Part shown: piece by piece, positions 1 to 9,697 of the stretch | How the letters are laid out: every line of letters starts with the position of its first letter | Numbering within the stretch: the stretch's first letter is position 1 | Assembly (NCBI GenBank): GCA_028694155.1 | Contig: JAQUTY010000007.1 | Location: forward strand, 50,901-114,900 | DNA: 64,000 bases | Direction of reading: 5' to 3' | Origin: Eubacteriales bacterium | Lineage (GTDB): Bacteria; Bacillota; Clostridia; Christensenellales; CAG-138 | Notes under the pieces: model-generated | Seen by the model: only the letters and a program-made list of their open reading frames with translations | Database searches by the model: none | What the model was told of the DNA's origin: nothing | Translations under genes and position numbers: made by a program

Positions 1-407
1 AACAGATCCGCCCTGCCGTCCTTTAGGGCGGTGTAGGAGTAGTCGGTGGTGGAGATTAGCGTGTTCTCCTCCGCCGTAGCCGCATCACAGCCTGTTGCTG
101 CACGCATAAGCGCAAGTATCAAGGGTACATCGGCAGTAGAACCATCCACAGTGGGATAGTCCTCAACCGTAACTGCAGGAGCATTGTACACGCTAAAGTC
201 GGTCACATCGACATCTACTTTCAAGTTGTCGGTGTTGGCGGAAGGGTCGTCATTTGAGATTTGACCCTTGTTAGGTTCGGTGGTAGCAGGCGGCGCATAG
301 TCTGTCGCCGTTGGAGCAGTTGGAACTACTTCCGTTTGTTTCTCGGTTGCCTGACAGCCTGTTATTAGCAGCACCGCCAAAAGTATAATTGCAATAGTTT
401 TTTTCAC
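1..407 (-). CDS. lipoprotein with periplasmic-binding (PstS-like) type domain; 3' end runs off the window; absent from the supplied ORF track
   Basis: Hand translation of the minus strand from GTG 407..405 (AGGAG 9 nt upstream; an in-frame ATG at 416 is an alternative) gives VKKTIAIILLAVLLITGCQATEK (signal peptide plus lipobox). It continues ...YPTVDGSTADVPLILAL...YTALKDGRADL and stays open to position 1. Confidence 0.5.
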   Translation of the reverse strand, partial: MKKTIAIILLAVLLITGCQATEKQTEVVPTAPTATDYAPPATTEPNKGQISNDDPSANTDNLKVDVDVTDFSVYNAPAVTVEDYPTVDGSTADVPLILALMRAATGCDAATAEENTLISTTDYSYTALKDGRADL

Positions 408-408
408 T

Positions 409-1992
409 TTACTCATCTCCTGAATGGTTAGTATTGTTATATGTATCGTAAAACATATAGAACTCGGAGTCGAAGCCGTAATCAAGCTCGGAGTCTCGTG
501 CTATATCGGGTCGGACGTTCTTGATAACCCAGTTTCCATCGTAGTCTGCAATGCCCATGTATGGCCCTCTAATTAGTATCATTAGGTCGTCCGTCAAAGG
601 GGCAAGCAAGTTGTTGTCTGTCTCATACCTGACTTTGCCATCGCTGCCAAAGATGGTATAGGAGCGTTCAACCTTAGAATTGACCTCTGAAAATGTGCGT
701 TGCAGGCAGGCGTCAGTCTTGGTCAGCACAAAAGTGTAGCTCGTGTAACCAACTGAATTATCATAATATACGTTCTTATACTCGCCAATTACCTCGCCCG
801 TGGGCAGATATACAAGGCGGCTAGTTGTGTGTTCCAACGAGCTCATTACAGCGTAATACTCGTTGTAGCTCTCCAATTCTTCATCGGTATACTTTTTGTC
901 GATATTGAGCGTTCTGCCTCCCGTACTAATGGTGATGAGCGCATCAGTTTCGGCAATCTGCATATCTGCATTTGATAGTCTGCTGTTTGTTTGACGGCGT
1001 ACATATTCATCCCGTGTTAGGTATTGCAGGTTGGAATCTAGGTACTTAACTTCATCATTTGAATTGGAATATTCCACAACGTACTGGCTGCGCATAAAGT
1101 AGGATTGGTATGTCACCAGATAATCGTCACTTGTCTGATAAACAGAGTAGCCCTCACCCGTCAACGAATAACAGTTGGAAGGCTGCATCAACAGCTTACC
1201 GTTTGCATCGAATATGGCGGCTCCACCACCGTTGAGATATCCAAGAAAATAATTTCCTATTGCTGAGCAGTTTGTCAGTCCATCATCTCCAAAGGAGTGA
1301 ATCAGCGTTCCGCCTGCGTCATAGATTGCAGGTTCCAAGGTATAGCTATCGGTAAATTGTCCATCAATATATTTCGTTTCCCCACACGCATAAAGTGCAT
1401 AATTGTCGCCTACTTTATAGACAGCAGAGTTGGTTGTATCATCAGGGTTATCGGCATTTACCGTGAACATCACCGTGCCATTTCGATCGTAGACAGCCAT
1501 ATCGCCTGTTCTTAGATCGGTGCTGAACCATATATCATCGGCAACGTTATTGACAAGCGCAACATCGTCTTTATTGAAATAAATTGGCTGCAGGGTTGAC
1601 AGCGACTCGTTTCCAAACTGAGAGTTTTTAAGATATAGACCCGTGCTTGCAGCAAAATCATTGCTGACGGACGAAAGCTCTGCAACCTTTGTGCCGTAGC
1701 AATCGTAGACGCAGTATCTGGCATTCTCAATGGGCAATACAAGCACCATGTTCTCTGAAAACATGGCGTTATCTCCCGTGGGGTAGACAAAAGGCTTGGG
1801 AATTTCTCCGTCATACAGCCTTACGCCCTTGAGGTTGACTGTGGGCGCAAAGGTCAATTCGGCAGGCGAAAGGTTCGTGGGAATTGCTGATACTATTGTG
1901 ATGGGCGCAGTTGCCTTGCTTCCTTCTGCTTTATCAGATGAACACCCGACAAGTAACAATAGCAACAATGCAACGCACAAAACTCTCTTCAT
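409..1992 (-). CDS. large secreted lipoprotein of unknown function with many short D-x-x-G-x repeats
   Basis: ORF 409..2058. The internal ATG at 1992 has AAGGAGG 8 nt upstream and begins MKRVLCVALLLLLLVGCSS (signal peptide plus lipobox), so the 22-aa extension in the track is discarded. Recurrent motifs: YDCYGTKV, YDRNGTVMF, FDANGKLL, GSDGKVRY, DYDGNWVI. Confidence 0.7.
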   Translation of the reverse strand: MKRVLCVALLLLLLVGCSSDKAEGSKATAPITIVSAIPTNLSPAELTFAPTVNLKGVRLYDGEIPKPFVYPTGDNAMFSENMVLVLPIENARYCVYDCYGTKVAELSSVSNDFAASTGLYLKNSQFGNESLSTLQPIYFNKDDVALVNNVADDIWFSTDLRTGDMAVYDRNGTVMFTVNADNPDDTTNSAVYKVGDNYALYACGETKYIDGQFTDSYTLEPAIYDAGGTLIHSFGDDGLTNCSAIGNYFLGYLNGGGAAIFDANGKLLMQPSNCYSLTGEGYSVYQTSDDYLVTYQSYFMRSQYVVEYSNSNDEVKYLDSNLQYLTRDEYVRRQTNSRLSNADMQIAETDALITISTGGRTLNIDKKYTDEELESYNEYYAVMSSLEHTTSRLVYLPTGEVIGEYKNVYYDNSVGYTSYTFVLTKTDACLQRTFSEVNSKVERSYTIFGSDGKVRYETDNNLLAPLTDDLMILIRGPYMGIADYDGNWVIKNVRPDIARDSELDYGFDSEFYMFYDTYNNTNHSGDE

Positions 1993-2074
1993 GGGTTTCC
2001 CCTCCTTAACGCGTACATTGTAGCACCCAAAATACACTATTTTGTATTCAACCTGCAAACAAGATGTAAAATAT

Positions 2075-3316
2075 TTACACTAAAACTCTGCCGCCCTTTA
2101 TCACCGTGTCAACAAGGTTTGAGCCGTAGCGATAGCACAGCTCGTTGAGGTTGTTCGTTCGCCATACAACAACGTCCGCCTGCTTGCCCACTTCGAGCGT
2201 TCCAAGGCTGTCCGCCTTGTCAATAGCGGCGGCGGCATTGAGTGTGACGGCGGTTAGAACCTCCTGTGGTGTCATTTTGAGTCTGAGACAGCCAAGCTGC
2301 ATTGCAAACTGCAAATTGAGATTGGGCGTTGAGCCGGGGTTGAAATCGGACGCAAGTGCAATGGGTACTCCATGCTCGATGAACTTGCGGGCATTTGCAT
2401 AATCCTTATTGAGATAGAACGATGTGCAGGGCAGCAGCGTAGCTATCACTCCTCCATTTTTGAGTGCAATCATGCCCTCATCAGTGGTAGCGGTCAAATG
2501 GTCGGCACTTATTGCTCCAAGCTGGGCAGCAACACTCGTGCCGCCAATCTGATGTATCTCATCGCTATGAACCTTTACTCCCAGTCCCAGTCCCTTTGCG
2601 GCACTTAGAATCTCCCTTGTCTCGTTGGCATCGAACACACCCTGTTCGCAAAATACATCGCAAAACTCGGCAAGCCCCAAATCGGCTACTGTGGGCAACA
2701 CGACATCAATCACATAGCGGATATAGCCCTCCCTATTGGAGATGAAATCCAACGGAATGGCGTGCGCTCCAAGATAGGTGGAGGCTATGTCAATTCCTGT
2801 ATCACGTTGCAATAGGCGATTAACTCGAAGCTGTTTAAGCTCTGTCTCAAGGTCCAGCCCATAGCCGCTCTTTGCCTCAAGTGCGGTCGTGCCATGTGCT
2901 ACCATCTCGTTTACAAAGCCCTCAGCACGCTCGTACATCTGCTGCTCGTCCATGTCACGGGTAGCACGAACAGTTGACAGTATTCCGCCACCCTCCCTAA
3001 GAATATCCATGTAGCTGACGCCTGCCAGTTTCTTTGCAAGCTCGCCCTCACGCCAACCGCCAAAGCTCAGGTGCGTGTGGCTGTCGATGAGCCCTGCCGT
3101 CACAAGTCCGCCCTTTGCGTCAATCTGGGCAGTATAGGGGTCGAGCATCTCCTGTGGCGGCTCGCCCTCCCCAATATTTAGCACCTTCTCATCGGCAATG
3201 GCAAGATAGGCGTTGGTGAGCATACGAATATCGCCCTGCTCAATTCCGCCCTTTGCCGCAGCACCAGTTGCCGTTGCAAGTTGTCCGATGTTGTAAATAA
3301 TGACGTCCGCTTTCAT
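2075..3316 (-). CDS. hutI: imidazolonepropionase
   Basis: 413 aa. Amidohydrolase metal motif IDSHTHLSFGGWR, and later HSDE and ASDFNPGS. Sits in an operon with hutH and hutU. AAGGAG RBS. Confidence 0.9.
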   Translation of the reverse strand: MKADVIIYNIGQLATATGAAAKGGIEQGDIRMLTNAYLAIADEKVLNIGEGEPPQEMLDPYTAQIDAKGGLVTAGLIDSHTHLSFGGWREGELAKKLAGVSYMDILREGGGILSTVRATRDMDEQQMYERAEGFVNEMVAHGTTALEAKSGYGLDLETELKQLRVNRLLQRDTGIDIASTYLGAHAIPLDFISNREGYIRYVIDVVLPTVADLGLAEFCDVFCEQGVFDANETREILSAAKGLGLGVKVHSDEIHQIGGTSVAAQLGAISADHLTATTDEGMIALKNGGVIATLLPCTSFYLNKDYANARKFIEHGVPIALASDFNPGSTPNLNLQFAMQLGCLRLKMTPQEVLTAVTLNAAAAIDKADSLGTLEVGKQADVVVWRTNNLNELCYRYGSNLVDTVIKGGRVLV

Positions 3317-3326
3317 GTAAATCTCC

Positions 3327-4223
3327 TTACATCAAATTGTTTTCCAGCACCTGCTTATGCTTATCAAATTTCTCTAATTTAAGATAGTAGTCGGCCGTGT
3401 CCACCAGTGCCTCAAGCGGGGTAAGCCCGATTATCTCGCTGCCAATAACCGATACGCCGTAGCGTGCCGCCTCGATTTTGACAAGCTCCATCACCCGATA
3501 CAGCGGGGTCTGATGGAAGTTGCACATGTTTATCGACACCTGAGCAATGTTGCGATCCTCCAGCATGATGCCAAGCGCCTTGACGTCCTTGAGTCCGCCG
3601 CTCGATTCACGAATGATTTTGGCTATTGCACTTGCAATGGCTACATCGGCTGTTCCAAGATTGATATTGAATGCAACCAGCGGCATTCTTGCGCCTACCG
3701 CAACAACGCCAGCAGTGGGGTGGATACGCTCGCCGCCGAAATCGGGATGCCATTTGTCCTCGTGCACCTTATTTGCCATGCCCTCGAACTGTCCCTTGCG
3801 GATTGAAGCTAAATTTTTGCGGTGCGATGCAGTTGCGCTCTGCTCATAAAGAAATACCGGAAGGTCAATCTCATCTGCGATGCGCTTGCCAAGTTCAATG
3901 GATAGATCCACACATTCCTTCATCTCCATCTCGCGAATTGGCACGAACGGAATAACGTCCACGGCACCCATGCGTGGGTGTTCTCCCTGATGCACGTTAA
4001 GGTCAATCAGCTCTGCCGCTTTTTTTGCAACCTTGAACGCTGCCTCGGCGACTGCTTTTGGCTCGCCTACAAATGTTATCACGCTCCTGTTGTGGCTCTC
4101 ATCGGAGGAATAATCCAGCAGGGCAACTCCTGCCGTACCTCTAACCTCATCAACAACTGCCTCTACTACCTCAAGCCTTCTCCCCTCGGAAATGTTGGGG
4201 ATACACTCCATCAATTTTGCCAT
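3327..4223 (-). CDS. ftcD: glutamate formimidoyltransferase
   Basis: 298 aa. The N-terminus MAKLMECIPNISEGR is typical of formiminotransferase domain proteins. Located between hutU and hutI. GGAGG RBS. Confidence 0.85.
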   Translation of the reverse strand: MAKLMECIPNISEGRRLEVVEAVVDEVRGTAGVALLDYSSDESHNRSVITFVGEPKAVAEAAFKVAKKAAELIDLNVHQGEHPRMGAVDVIPFVPIREMEMKECVDLSIELGKRIADEIDLPVFLYEQSATASHRKNLASIRKGQFEGMANKVHEDKWHPDFGGERIHPTAGVVAVGARMPLVAFNINLGTADVAIASAIAKIIRESSGGLKDVKALGIMLEDRNIAQVSINMCNFHQTPLYRVMELVKIEAARYGVSVIGSEIIGLTPLEALVDTADYYLKLEKFDKHKQVLENNLM

Positions 4224-4232
4224 GTAAGCCTC

Positions 4233-6221
4233 CTATTTTGATAAAAATTTATTCAATAATTCTTGGTCTGCAAGGTACGGCAATGTGATGCAATCCGTAT
4301 CCTCGTTGCTCTTATTATACTCCTTGACCACCTCGATGGCATTCTCATTCCTTGCCCAAGCACGTCTTGCAACGCCGCCCATCGTGTCCCAAGGCATAGC
4401 CATTTTCAACACCGTGTCAACTCGCTCGCTTCCATCAAGCACCATGCCAAAGCCGCCGTTTATCGCCTTGCCAACTCCTACGCCTCCGCCGTTATGCAAA
4501 GCAATCAAGCTCATGCCACGAGCCGCATTGCCTGCAAAGCATTGCGTTGCCATATCCGCCATGATGTTCGAGCCGTCCTTAATGTTGGACGTTTCCCTGA
4601 AGGGTGAATCCGTTCCCCCTGTGTCGTGATGATCTCTGCCCAGCATGATGGGTCCTATCTCGCCGTTGCGTACCATTTCGTTAAATCTAAGAGCAATCTT
4701 TGTTCTTCCCATTGCATCTTGATAAAGTATTCTTGCCTGCGTTCCCACAACCATTTTGTTCTTCTTTGCGTCTCGCACCCATACCCAGTTGTCATAGTCC
4801 TGATAGCGTGCGTTGGGGTCGATGCAATCCATTGCCGCCTTATCGGTCTTATCAAGATCGCTCTCCTTTCCCGACAGGCACACCCAGCGGAACGGGCCAT
4901 AGCCGAAGTCGAACAACTGCGGCCCTAAAATATCCTCAACGTAAGACGGGAAGATAAACCCTTCCTTATCGTTCTGTCCGTTTTTGGTGATTCCCACCGC
5001 CCCTGCATCGTAGCAAGCCTTCAAAAAGCTGTTGCCATAATCGAAGAAATATGTTCCCCTATCGTGCAGCTTCTTAATAAGCTCGTAATGCGTCAATAAT
5101 GATCTGTCAACCTCCTTGACAAATTGTGCCTTGTCGTTTTGCAGCATTGCCGTGCGTTCACTAAAGGTCATGCCCTGCGGACAATAGCCCCCGTCATACA
5201 CAGCATGGCACGAGGTTTGATCCGAAAGGAGATCAACATGAATGTCATTAATATATAGGTAGTCGAGCAGGTCAACAACATTGCCATTATAGGCTATTGC
5301 ACATGCCTCTCCCTTATCCTGCGCCTGTCTTGCCCACTTTGCACATTCATCAAGCCTGTCTGTGCATTTGCTGACCCAGCCCTGATCCAGTCTGGTCTTT
5401 ATGCGTGAGTAATCGACCTCGGCAATTATTGCTACCGCACCTGCAATCTCCGCTGCCTTACCCTGTGCGCCACTCATGCCGCCTAAGCCCGACGAAACAA
5501 AGAGTCGTCCCTTTAGATTATCTTTTTGCGGTATGCCCAGTTTTAGTCTGCCGGCATTTAGCAGAGTGTTGAATGTGCCATGCACGATGCCCTGCGGTCC
5601 AATGTACATCCAACCGCCTGCCGTCATCTGTCCGTAGTTTGCAACGCCCATAGCGGCTGCACGGTTAAAGTCCTCTTGATTGTCGAACGAGCCCACCATA
5701 AGTCCGTTGGTAATGATAACTCTTGGAGCCATCGAATGTGAACGAAAAACGCCCAGCGGGTGTCCCGATTCAAGCACCAAGGTCTGTTCCCTGTCAAGCC
5801 CACGCAGATATTGCTGAATCAGAAGATACTGCATCCAGTTCTGACAAACCTGCCCTGTTTCGCCATAGGTCACAAGCTCATAGGGATAGAGTGCAACAGC
5901 AAAGTCAAGATTGTTGTCCATCATCAGTTGGAAAGCCTTACCTTCAATACATTTGCCCTCATATTGGTCAATCGGTTTGCCATAGATGCGTCCCTGTGGG
6001 CGAAAGCGATAGCCGTATATCCTTCCCCGTGTGTCAAGCTCCTCTAAAAATTCGGGGGCAAGCTGCTCGTGCCACTCATTTGGAATGTAGCGCAAGGCGT
6101 TTTTAAGCGCAATCTCACGGTCGTGTTGGGACAGTCTCGCCTCACGCTTGGGCGCACGGCGGATACCCTCTATAAAAGGCTTCTTGGGTGGCAGTTCGTT
6201 AAGTCTCAATACACAATCCAT
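4233..6221 (-). CDS. hutU: urocanate hydratase (long form)
   Basis: 662 aa. Urocanase-like blocks GGMSGAQ, GNS, HNGGGVG and DHHDTGG. Lies directly downstream of hutH. GGAGG RBS. Confidence 0.9.
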   Translation of the reverse strand: MDCVLRLNELPPKKPFIEGIRRAPKREARLSQHDREIALKNALRYIPNEWHEQLAPEFLEELDTRGRIYGYRFRPQGRIYGKPIDQYEGKCIEGKAFQLMMDNNLDFAVALYPYELVTYGETGQVCQNWMQYLLIQQYLRGLDREQTLVLESGHPLGVFRSHSMAPRVIITNGLMVGSFDNQEDFNRAAAMGVANYGQMTAGGWMYIGPQGIVHGTFNTLLNAGRLKLGIPQKDNLKGRLFVSSGLGGMSGAQGKAAEIAGAVAIIAEVDYSRIKTRLDQGWVSKCTDRLDECAKWARQAQDKGEACAIAYNGNVVDLLDYLYINDIHVDLLSDQTSCHAVYDGGYCPQGMTFSERTAMLQNDKAQFVKEVDRSLLTHYELIKKLHDRGTYFFDYGNSFLKACYDAGAVGITKNGQNDKEGFIFPSYVEDILGPQLFDFGYGPFRWVCLSGKESDLDKTDKAAMDCIDPNARYQDYDNWVWVRDAKKNKMVVGTQARILYQDAMGRTKIALRFNEMVRNGEIGPIMLGRDHHDTGGTDSPFRETSNIKDGSNIMADMATQCFAGNAARGMSLIALHNGGGVGVGKAINGGFGMVLDGSERVDTVLKMAMPWDTMGGVARRAWARNENAIEVVKEYNKSNEDTDCITLPYLADQELLNKFLSK

Positions 6222-6230
6222 CTTGTCCTC

Positions 6231-7760
6231 CTATTCTACTTCGGGGCAGAACCGTTCAACAAGCTTCTCCACGGCACCGCTTCTTATAAACCTGTTCATG
6301 TTCTTGACAAGGGGCGCCATCTCCGTATCCTTTTCTAACAACGGCACCTCGTTTCGTATCATCTTATTCAGTTCATCATGGACAGCCGACACACCTGTAC
6401 CCCTAAGATCTATGCCCTGCGCCGCTGCCATCAGCTCGAACGCAAGCACCGAGTAAAGGTTGTCCACTATCGTGCGCAGCTTCCTTGCGGCGGTCGTTCC
6501 CATGCTCACATGGTCCTCTTGATTTGCAGAGCTGGGAATAGAATCGACTGATGCTGGATGCGCAAGAACCTTGTTCTCCGATACCAGTGACGCCGCCGAA
6601 TATTGCGTTATCATATATCCCGAATTGATGCCGCCATTGGGCGTTAAAAATGCGGGCAACCCGTTTGACAAGGTTGGATTGACCATGCGTTCAAGTCTGC
6701 GCTCCGATATGGACGCCAACTCGCTTGCGGCTATTCCAAGATAGTCCATCACCAACGCTATGGGTTCGCCGTGGAAATTGCCGCCCGATATGACGCTTCC
6801 GTCATCGCAAAACAAAATGGGATTATCGGTCACGGCATTGCACTCCGTTTCAAGTACACCTCGGGCAAATTTAAGCGTATCACGCACTGCGCCATGCACC
6901 TGTGGAATACAACGAATTGCATAGGCGTCCTGCACTCTGAGTTGCTGCGCCTTATCTATCGTTTCGCTGCCGTCCAGGAGCAAGAGAATATTTCGGGCTA
7001 CAAGCTCCTGTCCCCTATGCGGACGCACCGCATGAACACGGGGATCGAACGCCGAACGGAGTGCCATCAGTGCCTCCATTGTCATTGAAGCCGTTATGTC
7101 CGCAAGCAATGCGGCACGATTCAGATCATACCATGCAAGCGCACCTATGGCGGTCATGCACTGTGTTCCATTGATAAGCGCAAGCCCTTCCTTGGCAAGA
7201 AGATGGCATGTAGGAATGTTGGCACGTCTCATCGCTTCCGCACCGCAAAGCCGTTCGCCCTCAAAGATTGCCTCTCCCCTGCCCAAAAGCACCAATGCCA
7301 TGTGCGAAAGAGGCGCAAGATCGCCGCTTGCCCCCAGCGAACCCTGCGAAGGAATGATCGGGTGAACACGCTTGTTAAGCATGGCAATCAGCGTTTCTAT
7401 CAGCTCACGGCGTATACCCGAATAACCCTTGCAAAGCGCATTTGCCCTAAGCAGCATCATGGCACGCACGGTCTGCTCGCTAAGCGGCTCGCCCACGCCC
7501 ACGCAATGACTCAAAATTAAGTTTTCTTGAAGTTCGGCACTTCTGTCGCTCCCGATTGAAACCTTGGAAAACTCGCCAAACCCGGTAGATATGCCGTAAA
7601 CCGTTCGGTCTTCATTCAGTATTTTTTCAACGAGCGCACGGGATTGGTCAATCTGCTCAAAGGTCGATGGCGAAAGTGAAACGGGCGCATAAAAACGGGC
7701 AACCTCTACAATCTTTTCAATCGAAAGAGAATTGCCGTCCAATACCACAGAAACGTGCAT
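6231..7760 (-). CDS. hutH: histidine ammonia-lyase
   Basis: 509 aa. Contains GSLGASGDLAPLSH, whose ASG triad forms the MIO cofactor. GGAGG RBS. Confidence 0.92.
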   Translation of the reverse strand: MHVSVVLDGNSLSIEKIVEVARFYAPVSLSPSTFEQIDQSRALVEKILNEDRTVYGISTGFGEFSKVSIGSDRSAELQENLILSHCVGVGEPLSEQTVRAMMLLRANALCKGYSGIRRELIETLIAMLNKRVHPIIPSQGSLGASGDLAPLSHMALVLLGRGEAIFEGERLCGAEAMRRANIPTCHLLAKEGLALINGTQCMTAIGALAWYDLNRAALLADITASMTMEALMALRSAFDPRVHAVRPHRGQELVARNILLLLDGSETIDKAQQLRVQDAYAIRCIPQVHGAVRDTLKFARGVLETECNAVTDNPILFCDDGSVISGGNFHGEPIALVMDYLGIAASELASISERRLERMVNPTLSNGLPAFLTPNGGINSGYMITQYSAASLVSENKVLAHPASVDSIPSSANQEDHVSMGTTAARKLRTIVDNLYSVLAFELMAAAQGIDLRGTGVSAVHDELNKMIRNEVPLLEKDTEMAPLVKNMNRFIRSGAVEKLVERFCPEVE

Positions 7761-7877
7761 AGCTGTTCCTCCATGTACATATTTTAACTGCTATCATTTT
7801 ATCATTTATCCGCCAAAGGTGCAACAGCAAAAACAATATACTGTTTGCACATGATACTTAATCCGATTTGATTAGAT

Positions 7878-7911
7878 GCAAAAATTCCTTGGTTCTTTCG
7901 AGCCAAGGAAT
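7878..7911 (-). terminator. intrinsic terminator downstream of hsp20
   Basis: Read on the minus strand: ATTCCTTGG, a 10-nt loop, CCAAGGAAT, then TTTTTG. It lies about 20 nt after the hsp20 stop. Confidence 0.7.
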
Positions 7912-7932
7912 CTTGCTGTGAGTGATGAATGC

Positions 7933-8361
7933 TTACTTGATTTCCAATCGCCGTGCTGATGTAACCTGCGGCTGCTTCTTGGGCAATGTCAGCTTCAAAA
8001 CGCCGTCCTCGTATGCCGCACCGATGTTATCCGCATCAATATCCGACACATCAAAGCTGCGCCTGAATGAGCCGTAGCTGCGCTCCTGTCTCAACATTCC
8101 CTTCTTCTTCTCCTCCGACTTGCTTTGACGTGTTGCTGAGATTGTCATGCAATCGCCGTCCAAATCGATCTTGATGTCCTCTTTTTTGAATCCCGGCAAC
8201 TCTGCTTCAAGCAGGTAATGATCGCCCTCGTCCTGAATATCCGTCAAAAAGCCGTTCAGAGTTGAGTCTCCGAAAAATGCTCTCTCCAGTCTGTCCATTT
8301 CGGCAAAGGGATCATAGGGTGCCGTCTGATGTCTGCGTGTGTAGGGTGTTAAATACAACAT
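7933..8361 (-). CDS. Hsp20/alpha-crystallin family small heat-shock protein
   Basis: 142 aa. Alpha-crystallin-type core (YLLEAELPGFKKEDIKIDL...RSYGSFRRSF...A.YEDGVLKLTLPK). AAGGAGG RBS. Confidence 0.9.
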   Translation of the reverse strand: MLYLTPYTRRHQTAPYDPFAEMDRLERAFFGDSTLNGFLTDIQDEGDHYLLEAELPGFKKEDIKIDLDGDCMTISATRQSKSEEKKKGMLRQERSYGSFRRSFDVSDIDADNIGAAYEDGVLKLTLPKKQPQVTSARRLEIK

Positions 8362-8447
8362 TGATTTCTGCCTCCTTTTTTTATTGTCTACACTTTAACA
8401 TGTGATTATGACAGAAAAATGTTAAGAATTTAGCATAATTGTGAAAA

Positions 8448-8474
8448 TTAGCACTCTCGCGCAAAGAGTGCTAA
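8448..8474. promoter_or_regulatory. CIRCE operator (HrcA binding site) upstream of hsp20
   Basis: Exact match to the consensus TTAGCACTC-N9-GAGTGCTAA (TTAGCACTC tcgcgcaaa GAGTGCTAA). It lies 87 nt upstream of the hsp20 ATG. Confidence 0.85.
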
Positions 8475-8488
8475 AATGTAATCTGTTA

Positions 8489-9661
8489 TCATATCTCCAG
8501 CTTGTCGAACAAGGCTTGCTGCCTGCGGATTTGCTCCCTTGTAAGTCCCTTATTTGCCTGTATTCTTGCCTTTGCTTTGTTCCTGCGTGAGAAAAAACGC
8601 TTTGGAATACGATGAAAATAGTAAAACGGCAAAAGAAACGGAACTCGTTTCAACGAGGGATAAAGCTCTTTTATGTATGCAGCAGGCTCGAACACGATGT
8701 GCCAATAATGCTTTAACTTCGAGCCGCCCGATCTGATGACGCTCGATGCTTCCCGATGCTCCGTCTTGCCATACAGTCCGCCCTCAAGAATGAACTGGGT
8801 CAGCTCCTCCTGCGTTTTAGTAAGCTCCGCACCTGTAAACCATGCGGCGGCAAGCGATTCCATATTTGAAACCAAAGTCATTATGCCCATTTGTCGGCAA
8901 TCGTTTTGGAACTTCTCTCGGTCATACTTACCAGCCATAACGGTCGAATAGACGTACACGTCCATCACGAACCTTGCTCCTACGCCGCCTGCCCACAGAT
9001 GCTGAAGCAGGTGGAGGAACATATATTCGTAGTATCGTTCGGGCGTCATCTCAAAAATATGCTTGTGTCCCGACCTTGGGTGCGTGTATGCCCAATCATC
9101 GTCCTTGTAGGTATGCTTTGTGCCACGAGGCAGCAGCGCAGGGTGAAACTCGACCTGCGTCATTGGTGCTTTGGAAAACAGGAGGTGATTACCTGCTTCC
9201 CTCCCATTGCAGCAATAGCCCAAATTTTCCATAACCTCAATTACCTTGCGTTCGTCTGAATCGTGATAGAGTATATCCAGATCGGACATGGAACGAAGGT
9301 AGGAGTGGGGATACAGAGCTTTTATAACCGGCCCCTTTAGCGTGAGCATATCAACTTGGGCTTGTTCCATCGCTTGCTCGATCGCCTCAAGCTCATGCAT
9401 GAACACCGCATCGTTTCTGATGCTGTCATACTTCGCTTTTCTTGTGAGCTTTCTTAGCTCCTGGGGCGCGCCCGACTGCTTTTCAAGCGGCACGGCAATC
9501 GAACCTAGCAGGTGATGCCTTGTTGCCAGCGCATATATCACTCCTGCATCAACGCCCTGTGGCGATGGCGCAGCAGTCTCATTGAGTGAGGCTGCTAGAA
9601 GTGCTATAAAGAATTTTTCGCTGGCGGTTATCATGCCATAATAATACCAAATACGAAACAT
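8489..9661 (-). CDS. uncharacterised nucleotidyltransferase family protein (NTP_transf_5-like)
   Basis: 390 aa. Core LKGPVIKALYPHSYLRSMSDLDILYHDSDERKVIEVMENLGY matches the LKG...Y...R..D-h-D-h-L pattern. It is a paralogue of the divergent neighbour. No SD is visible, so the start is uncertain (M1 or M10). Confidence 0.6.
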   Translation of the reverse strand: MFRIWYYYGMITASEKFFIALLAASLNETAAPSPQGVDAGVIYALATRHHLLGSIAVPLEKQSGAPQELRKLTRKAKYDSIRNDAVFMHELEAIEQAMEQAQVDMLTLKGPVIKALYPHSYLRSMSDLDILYHDSDERKVIEVMENLGYCCNGREAGNHLLFSKAPMTQVEFHPALLPRGTKHTYKDDDWAYTHPRSGHKHIFEMTPERYYEYMFLHLLQHLWAGGVGARFVMDVYVYSTVMAGKYDREKFQNDCRQMGIMTLVSNMESLAAAWFTGAELTKTQEELTQFILEGGLYGKTEHREASSVIRSGGSKLKHYWHIVFEPAAYIKELYPSLKRVPFLLPFYYFHRIPKRFFSRRNKAKARIQANKGLTREQIRRQQALFDKLEI

Positions 9662-9663
9662 CT

Positions 9664-9691
9664 TTGCAACCGAAACATTCTATGATATAAT
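9664..9691 (+). promoter_or_regulatory. sigma-A type promoter placed for a leaderless transcript of the 9698 gene
   Basis: TTGCAA, 16 nt, then TGaTATAAT (extended -10). The A of ATG 9698 is the 7th nt after the -10, and there is no SD. Confidence 0.45.
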
Positions 9692-9697
9692 GTTGTC

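Noticed and set aside
1993-2058. N-terminal extensions suggested by the ORF track here, and at 13456-13548, 15082-15117, 19991-20002, 28909-28938, 38609-38638, 40461-40532, 49125-49175, 49142-49252, 52265-52420, 54962-54997 and 57589-57630
   Set aside because: In each case an internal ATG has a properly spaced GGAGG-type RBS and/or starts a signal peptide or a conserved family N-terminus. The extension overlaps the upstream gene or has no RBS.
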